Below, piece after piece: positions 35,230 to 43,376 of a stretch of 64,000 bases of DNA; the stretch's first letter is position 1, and each line of letters begins with the position of its first letter. The stretch covers positions 1,575 through 65,574 of the forward strand of contig USAL01000001.1 in NCBI GenBank assembly GCA_900552545.1, given 5' to 3'. This DNA comes from an uncultured Sutterella sp. Lineage in GTDB: Bacteria; Pseudomonadota; Gammaproteobacteria; Burkholderiales; Burkholderiaceae_F. Position numbers and translations under genes: made by a program. A model generated the notes under the pieces. The model did no database searches and had not been told where the DNA came from. It saw only the letters and a program-made list of their open reading frames with translations.

Positions 35230-37269
35230 ATGCCGAACTTTGACCATCTGCTGGCCGCCTTCGACTGCGGAAGGCTTCACCTGAAAAACCGCATCACGGC
35301 CGCCCCGATTTTTACCGGGCTCGAGTTCGACGCCAACCTCACGGAGCTCGTGCGCTTTTACGAGCGCCTGGCCAAGGACGGCGTGAGCATGGTGACCGTC
35401 TGCTCGGGGCTCGTTCACAAAAGCGGCGCACCGAGCAAGACCTGGCGCATCTTCAACGAGTCGCTCGACATCCCGCGCCATCGCGTCATTACCAACACGC
35501 TCAGAAAGCACGGCTGCAAAAGCATGCTGCAGCTTGTGCACGCTGGAGCCGAAGCCAAGGCCTGGCCCGTGTGGTCAAGCAGCACCATCAAGCGCGACGA
35601 CCGCGCAAGCGCCTGGCGGGCGCCGAACCTCATCATCCGCCGCATCATCGAAGGCTGCATCCGGACGGCACTCTACGCGCGCGAAGCGGGCTATGACGGC
35701 ATCGAGCTGCACGCGGCCGAACGCTCGCTTGCAGCAGCCTTTTTAAGCCCCGCCACCAACCATCGACGCGACGTCTGGGGCGCGACGCAGTTGGCGCGCT
35801 TTAAGTTCGTGCTCGACATCGTGCGCGGCATCCGCAAGGCCGTGGGCGAAGACTTCGTCATCGGCATGCATTTCAACCTGATGGAGCTCACGGCGCGCGG
35901 CGCCGACTGGAGCGAAATGCTGCGCCTGACACAGATGCTTCGCATTGCCGGGGCCGACTACCTGCGCCCCGAATTCGACGGCCCGGAAGACAGGATTCCG
36001 ACGCACCAACACCCGATTCCGAAAAACGTGTGGCTGCCCGAGTGCCGGCTTCTCGCGGAAAACACGACGCTTGCCGTGATCTTCAACGCCGATCTCGGAA
36101 CGCTTGAAGACGCCCAAAAGGCGATTGAACCGAGCGACAACATGGTCGCCGCCTTTGCCCGCACGCTTGTTGCCGACGGGCGCTTCATCCGCAAGTCGAC
36201 GGGCCAGGTCGAGGGCGTCATCCGCCCCTGGATTGAGCATCCGGAGTACGGCCGGATCGACGATCTTTCGCGCGAGCAAAAGCTCTTTTGCCTGAGCTCG
36301 CCGTTTTTGTTCAACGCCTTTCCCCAGGCCTTCGTACCGGCCGCGAAAAAGCGCTCAATCACGGTGATCGGAGGCGGTTTGAGCGGCATGCTCTTTGCCG
36401 TCACGGCCGCCCGCAGAGGTCATTTCGTGCGGCTTTTCGAAGCGCACGAAAACTTGGGCGGGTCGCTGCGCTACGTCGGAAAAATCCGTCAGACGTCGAA
36501 AATTCAGACCTGGATCAACCTCCTTGAGAAGGATCTTGAGTTCGCCGGAGTTGAAGTGCATTTGAACACAAAAGTTGACTTCAAGCAGCTTTTGTCGTCA
36601 AACGACACCAATCTCATCGTCAACGCAAGCGGGTCGGAACCGGAAATTCCTGACTTTCCGGGCATCGATTCCTCAAACGTCGTCACCTACGAGGAGCTTC
36701 TGGGCGAAGACGCGCCCGTGGGCAACCGCGTGGCCGTGCTCGGCGTCAATCCCGTTTCCGTCACCGTCTGCCGCTACCTGCTCGAGCAGCTCGAAGAGTC
36801 CGAAATGACGGCCGAACAGTGGCGCAAAGCCTGGGGTATCGGTGACATCCGACACAACCGCGGCGGCATTCTCGGCGTGGTTCCTGAAATTGCGCCGCCC
36901 CTGAGGCAGGTGTACCTCGTTGAATCGAGCTGCGACCAGATCCGCGATCTTCAGAAGCGACGCACCGACCGATGGGAGTTGCAATGGCTTTTGATGCGCG
37001 GCGCCCAGACGCTGCGCGGCGTCAACATTGAGGCGATCGACAACTACGCCCTGCGCGCGAGCTGGGGCGAACGCCACGAAGACCGCTACGCAGTTCGCAT
37101 CGACCATCTCGTCGTCTGCAGCGGCGCCGTGCCAAATACCGAACTTTCCATGCGGCTCTCGGTAGCCGGGCGCGACGTCTTGAGCATCGGCGCTGCGGCG
37201 CAGGACTCCGGCTACCTCTCCATTTACGAAGCAGCGCAGGAAGCCATTACAAAGGCGCTTGAAGTCTGA
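35230..37269 (+). CDS. Divergent FadH (2,4-dienoyl-CoA reductase)-like flavoprotein
   Basis: OYE barrel (LKNRI, QLVHAG, AREAGYDGIE, TNHRRDVWG) plus FAD domain (VIGGGLSG, AARRGH) and FadH-type WGI..GG insert; key residues missing. Confidence 0.8.
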   Translation: MPNFDHLLAAFDCGRLHLKNRITAAPIFTGLEFDANLTELVRFYERLAKDGVSMVTVCSGLVHKSGAPSKTWRIFNESLDIPRHRVITNTLRKHGCKSMLQLVHAGAEAKAWPVWSSSTIKRDDRASAWRAPNLIIRRIIEGCIRTALYAREAGYDGIELHAAERSLAAAFLSPATNHRRDVWGATQLARFKFVLDIVRGIRKAVGEDFVIGMHFNLMELTARGADWSEMLRLTQMLRIAGADYLRPEFDGPEDRIPTHQHPIPKNVWLPECRLLAENTTLAVIFNADLGTLEDAQKAIEPSDNMVAAFARTLVADGRFIRKSTGQVEGVIRPWIEHPEYGRIDDLSREQKLFCLSSPFLFNAFPQAFVPAAKKRSITVIGGGLSGMLFAVTAARRGHFVRLFEAHENLGGSLRYVGKIRQTSKIQTWINLLEKDLEFAGVEVHLNTKVDFKQLLSSNDTNLIVNASGSEPEIPDFPGIDSSNVVTYEELLGEDAPVGNRVAVLGVNPVSVTVCRYLLEQLEESEMTAEQWRKAWGIGDIRHNRGGILGVVPEIAPPLRQVYLVESSCDQIRDLQKRRTDRWELQWLLMRGAQTLRGVNIEAIDNYALRASWGERHEDRYAVRIDHLVVCSGAVPNTELSMRLSVAGRDVLSIGAAAQDSGYLSIYEAAQEAITKALEV

Positions 37270-37277
37270 CGCGTTTT

Positions 37278-37307
37278 GCCCGGGATGTTTTCCGGGCATT
37301 TTTTTTC
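37278..37307 (+). terminator. Intrinsic terminator after FadH-like gene
   Basis: GCCCGG-gatgtttt-CCGGGC followed by T8. Confidence 0.65.
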
Positions 37308-38409
37308 GCGCCTTTTTTCTACTCCCCATTTTTCAGAGCATTTTTTTTGGCTTTTTTTTCGCGTTTTTTTCAATTTTTCAAATTTTCCTTCTGAAAATTT
37401 TGAGGTCGACGCGCTAAAAAAAATCACGCAGCATCACACGCCAAAGTTGACAAAAGATGCATTACGAATAAAGAAAGATTGGAACCGTTGTCGACAAAAT
37501 CCACGTTCTCAAGCGAAAACAAAAGAAAGATGTAGGATTTTTCGTGGCTTTTTAAGAAAGTTGCGGCAAGAAAAATGAGGTCCAGAAAGGCGCATCCCGC
37601 ATTGTTTTGCCTTTGCAACGCGCTCAAGCGATTTTTTGAGGCGCTTTTGCTGCTCAACTGGACGCAATTGAGCTCGCCTTTGAGGGTACAGTCGCGCTCG
37701 ATTTTCCCCGGAAAATTTTCCTCAAAGCCGCACGTGCGGCATTCGCCAGATCAAGCGAAACGAGTAAATTCACCACCCCTGAGGTTTTTTAGAGTTCGCC
37801 ATTGTGATCCAGGAGGGAGTCGCCTCATCTCCCCTCGTTTTTTCACCCCTCTTTGTCGACCACCTTCTCCAGCTGCCCCCTCGCGCCGGCGATCCTTCCA
37901 TCAAAGAGCTTCTTCCTGGCGGCTTCGTACAGCACCAAAGACGAAAACCGGGCCCTTCAACAAGTTTTCGACAAAAACACCGTTTTGCGGTACCTCCTTT
38001 AACCTTTTGAAGCGCAAAAACGGCTTTGAAACGGCCTGGAAGCACACCAAATCTCTAAAAACCCATCAAACCGGAGGGGGCCGCGGCTGCGGCAAAGGGG
38101 GTCATGCCGGCCCCAAGCGCAAAACTCCCGTTTTTAAAAGCCCTCAAATTTTTGCCTTCGGGTTCCAAATGCGATTTGAGGCGAGATAAACGCCTCTTTT
38201 TTTACGGCTTCGGTCAATAGTGAACTCTGGTTTGCGCTTGACTCATCGGGAAGGCCTAGCTTCTTTTCTTTTTTGCTCCCGTTGTTCGCTGGGAAGAGCC
38301 GCCAGAATGGATTCCGGGATTGCTGTTTGCCCCTTTTTTTCCTCTTAGGACCTTGATCGCACGCACTGGTTTTTAGGGGCCCTGGAGGTCAAAGTACCTT
38401 CTCTGCTTT

Positions 38410-38670
38410 TCCCAAAAAATAAAAATTTTTATGTAGATATAGTAATTAGTAGATGTGGGAAACTCTGTTGATATTGAAAAAATTCCCTTTTAAATCAATG
38501 CTTTTCAATGTTGAAAACTCTTTCAAGAAGATTTTTGAAAGCCTGTGGAGAAGTTGTTGACAGTGGTGAACAACCAGAGGGGGCCGAAAACGAGGGTTTC
38601 TGTTTTCCACATTTTGCGCAACTTTTTTCTTCTTTTTTCCATGAGTTATCCACAGGGCGGATGTGGACGA
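38410..38670. other. oriC: Probable replication origin oriC
   Basis: AT-rich tract with TAG-type triplets 38414-38453 abutting DnaA boxes (38454, 38466, 38509, 38544, 38603, perfect TTATCCACA 38646, 38662); IHF-like AATCAATGCTTTT 38493-38505; visible C-rich to G-rich switch in flanking spacers. Confidence 0.75.
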
Positions 38671-38805
38671 CTTTTCGGAGGTGCTGCTGCGTTGGAAGCG
38701 TTTGCCGGGAGTGAGGAGGGGCCCATGCGAGAAATCGATGGTGTGCAGCTTCGCGGCTGTCATTACAATCGCTAAATCTGCGTACTTTTCCTTATTGTGG
38801 GACCG

Positions 38806-39594
38806 ATGTCGTTGCCCGAGTTGCTGCCCTGGTTTGCACCCAAGCTTTCGCCTGACGTAAGCCGCGTCATTCAAAGTCTTGGGCGTCGTGCTGTGCTCGA
38901 AAGAGGACAAACGCTGGGCTCTTCCGTCTTTTTCAATCGCCTCGTGTACGTCCAGGAGGGATTTCTTGCCCAGGGCGTCATCAATCCCGGAGGAAGCCGG
39001 CTTTTCATGATGACGCTCTCCGGACCCTGAATGTTGGGCGCCACGGCGGGCCTCGTCGATTCGTTGGACAACCTTCCCCGTCGGTACTGGGCCGCGACGC
39101 ACTGCGTGGTGCTCACGCTGATGCCTGAAATCCTGCTGCGGCTTTCCGAAGTCGACGATCGGCTCAATCAGGAGCTTTCGGCCTATGCCATCCGGCACGC
39201 CATGTGCGAGCGCATGGGGCTCATGGTGAGCCAGGCTTCGACCGTTGAAGAGCGGCTCGGCGTCTTCATCGTTGCCATGCTTGCCGCCGCCGGCAGGATT
39301 GATCTTGAAAAAATCAGCGACAAGGGCAGGTGGGTGTCATTTAATGTTCTTCCATCGCGTAAACTCGTGACAGCCATGCTCGTTGCCGATGAAGCCGCCC
39401 TCAAGGACGTGATCAAGAAGTGGCTCAAGGAGGACGTGCTGCGCTGGGAAAAGGGCGCCTTTCTGGTTCGCAGCGACATGCTGCTCAAGTATCGGCAGTG
39501 GATGCAGCCCTTCGTGCGCATGCATGAGAACATGGTGCCGATGCTGCACGAATCCAAACTCTTTGATCGGCTGGAGCTCGATCTGAAACATTGA
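38806..39594 (+). pseudogene. Crp/Fnr-family regulator interrupted by an in-frame TGA (39028-39030)
   Basis: ORFs 38797-39030 and 39031-39594 share a frame; cNMP-barrel-like LERGQTL..LVYVQEG..SGP*MLG..ATHCVV, then STVEERL and an HTH-like C-terminus. Confidence 0.65.
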
Positions 39595-39611
39595 CGTTGG
39601 GGTAAAGGAAG

Positions 39612-40265
39612 ATGAATAAGCAAGCTTTGAGCTGCACGGCCGCTGCCGTCTGCGCAGCCGCTCTGATCGCGCTCACGAGCGGCTGCGCGCCGCTCGTGGT
39701 GGGAGGCGCGGCCGTCGCGACCGGCGCCACGGTCTCGACGCTGACCGACCGCCGCTCGGCGGGCGCCGTGGTCAATGACGAGGTGCTTGAAAAGCGCATC
39801 AACTGGGAGATCAGCCAGGCGCTCGGAAAGAACATCGACTCGCACATCACCGTCACGGCCTACAACGGCAAGGTGCTCCTGACGGGTGAAGTCGCCACCG
39901 AACAGGGCCGTCAGATCGCCGTGCAGACCGCCGAGCGCAGCCTCGACGTGGCCTCGGTCATCAATGAGCTTGCCGTGATGGAAAATGCCGGCATCGGGCA
40001 GCGTCTGAGCGACTCCTCGCTTGCCACCAAGGTGCGCTCGCGCCTGGTGACGACGGAAAACGTCTATCTGAGCCAGATGAAGGTTGTGGTCGAGCGCGGC
40101 GTCGTCTACCTGATGGGCATCGTGACGCCGCAGGAAAATGAGCTTGCGCTTAAGGTCGCCTCCCGCGTCGGCGGCGCTGCCAAGGTCATCAGCTACTGCG
40201 ACATCATGAGCGCCGAGCGCATCGCCCAACGCATGCGCGACATCCAGGGGCAGCAGAACCAATAG
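39612..40265 (+). CDS. Dual-BON domain lipoprotein (DolP/YraP-like)
   Basis: Lipobox LTSGC, DRRSAG, YNGKVLLTGEV, GVVYLMG. Confidence 0.9.
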   Translation: MNKQALSCTAAAVCAAALIALTSGCAPLVVGGAAVATGATVSTLTDRRSAGAVVNDEVLEKRINWEISQALGKNIDSHITVTAYNGKVLLTGEVATEQGRQIAVQTAERSLDVASVINELAVMENAGIGQRLSDSSLATKVRSRLVTTENVYLSQMKVVVERGVVYLMGIVTPQENELALKVASRVGGAAKVISYCDIMSAERIAQRMRDIQGQQNQ

Positions 40266-40283
40266 GCACTCTGCGTTTTGCTA

Positions 40284-40343
40284 AAAAAGAGCCGTCGGGC
40301 GTCTTTGAAAAATTTCAGAGGCGCACGGCGGCTTTCGTTTTTT
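40284..40343. terminator. Bidirectional hairpin between BON gene and lipA
   Basis: AAAAGAGCCGTCG..GCGTCTTTGAAA / TTTCAGAGGCGC..CGGCGGCTTT. Confidence 0.5.
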
Positions 40344-40417
40344 GAGCGTGAAGCCCCAGGGGATGATTCCCAGGCAGAGAATGGTGGAAAAAGGGCCAAA
40401 AACGCGTCTGGACGCGT

Positions 40418-41356
40418 TCAGGCGGCAACTTCGGCAGCGTGGTAGCTTGAGCGCACGAAGACGCCTGCAAAGGCCTTTTTAAAGCCCATGGCGAGCGCTT
40501 TCTCTTCCCAGAGGTGAAACTCCTCGGGGGAAACGTAGCGGCGCACGGGAAGGTGCGCTGCGCTCGGCGCCAGGTACTGCCCCATCGTCAGGATGTCGAC
40601 GCGGGCCTCGAGCAGCTCCTGCAGGACGGCTTCGACCTCTTTTTCCGTCTCGCCCAGCCCCAGCATGAGGCCGCTTTTGGTGGGCACGAGCGGGTGTGCG
40701 TCCTTGAATTCGCGCAGAAGCCGCAGCGAGTGCCGGTAGTCGGCCCCGGGGCGCGAGGTTTTGTAGAGCGCGGAAACGGTTTCAAGGTTGTGATTGAAGA
40801 CGTCGGGCGGGGTCTGGGAAAGGGCCTCGAGCGCCTGGGAAAGCCGGCCTCTGAAGTCGGGCACGAGAATTTCGATGCGGATGCCCTCAACCGCTTGTCG
40901 CAGGGCGGCGATGACGGCTGCGTAGTGACCTGCGCCGCCGTCGGGCAAATCGTCTCGGTCCACGCTCGTGACGACGGCGTATTTAAGGTCCATTTCCTTG
41001 ACGGCGCGTGCAAGCCGTTCGGGTTCGGTTGCGTCCAACGGAGCCGGGCGCCCGTGGGCGACGTCGCAGAAGGGGCAGCGCCGCGTGCAGACCTCGCCCA
41101 TGATGAGAAAGGTAGCCGTGCCGTGCGCAAAGCACTCGCCGATGTTGGGGCAGGCGGCTTCGCGGCAGACGGTTGAAAGCTTGTTTTCCTTGAGGATTGC
41201 GCCCACGCGCTCGCTTTGCGCGTCATGGGTGCGGGCGCGCACCTTGAGCCAGGCGGGCTTGGGAAGCTTGGGCGCGCTGTGGTCGATCTTGATCGGGAGC
41301 CGCGCGAACTTCTCTTCGCCCTTCTGACGTACTGGAGCCTTGTCGTTTTCGGTCAT
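40418..41356 (-). CDS. lipA: Lipoyl synthase
   Basis: KPAWLK, CREAACPNIGEC, CTRRCPFC, NHNLETV, RSSYHA. Confidence 0.96.
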   Translation of the reverse strand: MTENDKAPVRQKGEEKFARLPIKIDHSAPKLPKPAWLKVRARTHDAQSERVGAILKENKLSTVCREAACPNIGECFAHGTATFLIMGEVCTRRCPFCDVAHGRPAPLDATEPERLARAVKEMDLKYAVVTSVDRDDLPDGGAGHYAAVIAALRQAVEGIRIEILVPDFRGRLSQALEALSQTPPDVFNHNLETVSALYKTSRPGADYRHSLRLLREFKDAHPLVPTKSGLMLGLGETEKEVEAVLQELLEARVDILTMGQYLAPSAAHLPVRRYVSPEEFHLWEEKALAMGFKKAFAGVFVRSSYHAAEVAA

Positions 41357-42342
41357 AGCCATTGCAGCAGGTAGCCCACGGCGCCAGCGATGCTCGCTAG
41401 CGTCATTGTCAGGGCAAAGCGAAGCTCAAGCTTCACGGTGCGAAACATCACGCCGTTGAGGTCGTTTCCGGAGTACTTGCGCAGGTCGCGCACGAGCGCA
41501 AGCCCTGCAGGAAGCCACACGAACACGGCGAGCATGAAGATGAGCTCAAGGCGCGTGAATGCCAGGGCCGCGCAAAAGACGAAGGCCGCGGTGATGAGCC
41601 ACTGATAGACGCGCTGCATGCCGGCTGTTCCCATAACGACGGCAAGCGTTCTGCGGCCCACCTCGCGGTCGTGATCGAGGTCGCGATAGTTGTTGACGGC
41701 AAGCACCCCGGAGGCGATGGCGCCAAGGGCTGCGCCCGCCAAAAGCGCCTCGACGTCCAGGCGGCCGCACTGCAGGTAGTAGGTGCCGCCCACGGCCACA
41801 AGGCCAAAGAAGATGAAGACCATCAGCTCGCCAAAGGGCGTGTAGGCAATGGGCTTGGGGCCGCCCATGTACGCGTAGGCGGCAACGACCGAGGCAAGGC
41901 TTACGGCCACCATGACCCAGCCGCCCACGGTGATGAGGTAGATCGTGTCGAGCACGACGAGAAGAATGCAGAACTTGATGGCGCGCTCAACGGCGGCAAC
42001 CGTAAGCCACCCGTTGGCCGTGGCGCGCGGCAACCCTTTTCGTGTGCTGCGCTCGGCCTTTTTCTTGGTGTAGCCCGCGTCGTTTTCCATGTTGGTGATG
42101 ATCTGCATCAGAAGCGAGAGCGCGAGCGTGGTGACGGCCACAAGAAAGTGAAACTCGTGTCCGGCGGCGGCCGCAACGCCAAGCCCTACGGCAACGGGGG
42201 CGGCTGCAACGCCCAAGGTCTTCGGGCGGATGCAGGCTAGCCACGCTCTGAGGCTGCCCGGGCGCGGGTCGCCTGCGGCAAGCGGCGCCGTATCGGCGGC
42301 CTGTGTGGAGGAGTTCGATTGCTGGGGCGCGTCAGTGGCCAT
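41353..42342 (-). CDS. menA: 1,4-dihydroxy-2-naphthoate polyprenyltransferase
   Basis: W..IRPKTL, YMGGPKPIAYTPFGE..VFIFFG, NNYRDLDHDREVGRRTLAV. Confidence 0.88.
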   Translation of the reverse strand: MATDAPQQSNSSTQAADTAPLAAGDPRPGSLRAWLACIRPKTLGVAAAPVAVGLGVAAAAGHEFHFLVAVTTLALSLLMQIITNMENDAGYTKKKAERSTRKGLPRATANGWLTVAAVERAIKFCILLVVLDTIYLITVGGWVMVAVSLASVVAAYAYMGGPKPIAYTPFGELMVFIFFGLVAVGGTYYLQCGRLDVEALLAGAALGAIASGVLAVNNYRDLDHDREVGRRTLAVVMGTAGMQRVYQWLITAAFVFCAALAFTRLELIFMLAVFVWLPAGLALVRDLRKYSGNDLNGVMFRTVKLELRFALTMTLASIAGAVGYLLQWL

Positions 42343-43030
42343 GATTGTGTTCTAAAGCGTGTTGGTTAAAGAGAGTCAGTAGGCGGCTCAGAAGAACGTC
42401 GGCGACGGCCTCAAGGTTTGCCTCGCACCCGAGCGTGCGCATGTCGGTGACGCGCAGCTGCCGGTAGCCGCAGGGCGAGATCCAGGAAAAGGGCGAAAGA
42501 TCCATCGCGACGTTGAGTGCGAGCCCATGATAGGTCGCGCCGCGCGAGACGTGAACGCCTAATGAGGCAATCTTCTCCAGCCCCGCAAATTTTCCAGCGC
42601 CCCCCGCACATTGCACATAGACGCCTGGCGCCTCGGGATGCACGAGGGCATCGATCCCATAATGCAACAACGTTTCGATCACCGCTTTTTCGATGAGCTT
42701 TACATACTCGCGCACAAACAGGCCGCGGCGCCTGAGGTCGATCAGAGGGTAGAGAACGATCTGTCCCGGCCCGTGATAGGTGATGTCGCCGCCGCGGTCG
42801 ACCGCAACGACTTCAATGCCGTGAATCGAGCGGCGTTCCTCGCCGATGATGGGCGACTTGCCAAGCGTATAGACGCTTTCGTGCTCAACGAGCCAGACTT
42901 CGTCGGCCGTCGTCTCGGTGCGGCTGTGGGTAAAGCGCTGCATGGCCGCATAGACCCCGGCGTAGGGGCGCCGCCCGCGGCGGCGCACGACGATGTTGGT
43001 GGCGGGCGCCGCAGCGTCTTCCGAGGGCAT
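42332..43030 (-). CDS. lipB: Lipoyl(octanoyl) transferase
   Basis: EHESVYTLG, DRGGDITYHGPGQ, KIASLG, HGLALNV, ISPCG. Confidence 0.95.
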   Translation of the reverse strand: MPSEDAAAPATNIVVRRRGRRPYAGVYAAMQRFTHSRTETTADEVWLVEHESVYTLGKSPIIGEERRSIHGIEVVAVDRGGDITYHGPGQIVLYPLIDLRRRGLFVREYVKLIEKAVIETLLHYGIDALVHPEAPGVYVQCAGGAGKFAGLEKIASLGVHVSRGATYHGLALNVAMDLSPFSWISPCGYRQLRVTDMRTLGCEANLEAVADVLLSRLLTLFNQHALEHNHGH

Positions 43031-43368
43031 CAGAGCGCCACCTTCACCATCGGATGGCTCGTGAGCATCATGTAGATGCTGTCGAGCTGCGCGCGGCTCG
43101 TGGCATGGATGTTGAGCGTAAGCGCCGTGTACTTGCCCGTCTTGGAGCGCGACTGCGTGATGCTCTTTTCGTCAAAATCAGGCACGATCTCGCGCACGGC
43201 CGAAGCAATCGTGCGGGCAAAGTCTTCGCGCGTGAGTCCCATCACTTTGATGGGAAAGTCGCACGGAAACTGCAGGAGGCTGTCCTGCTCCTCGATGCGT
43301 TCGCGTTCGTTTTTCTCAGGCGCTTCGGTGGGAACGAGCTGATCCTGCGTTTGGTTCTTGTCGGTCAT
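43030..43368 (-). CDS. YbeD/DUF493 family protein
   Basis: SLLQFPCDFPIKVMG, SKTGKY, HPMVKVAL; upstream of lipB. Confidence 0.9.
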   Translation of the reverse strand: MTDKNQTQDQLVPTEAPEKNERERIEEQDSLLQFPCDFPIKVMGLTREDFARTIASAVREIVPDFDEKSITQSRSKTGKYTALTLNIHATSRAQLDSIYMMLTSHPMVKVAL

Positions 43369-43376
43369 GGTGGTCT

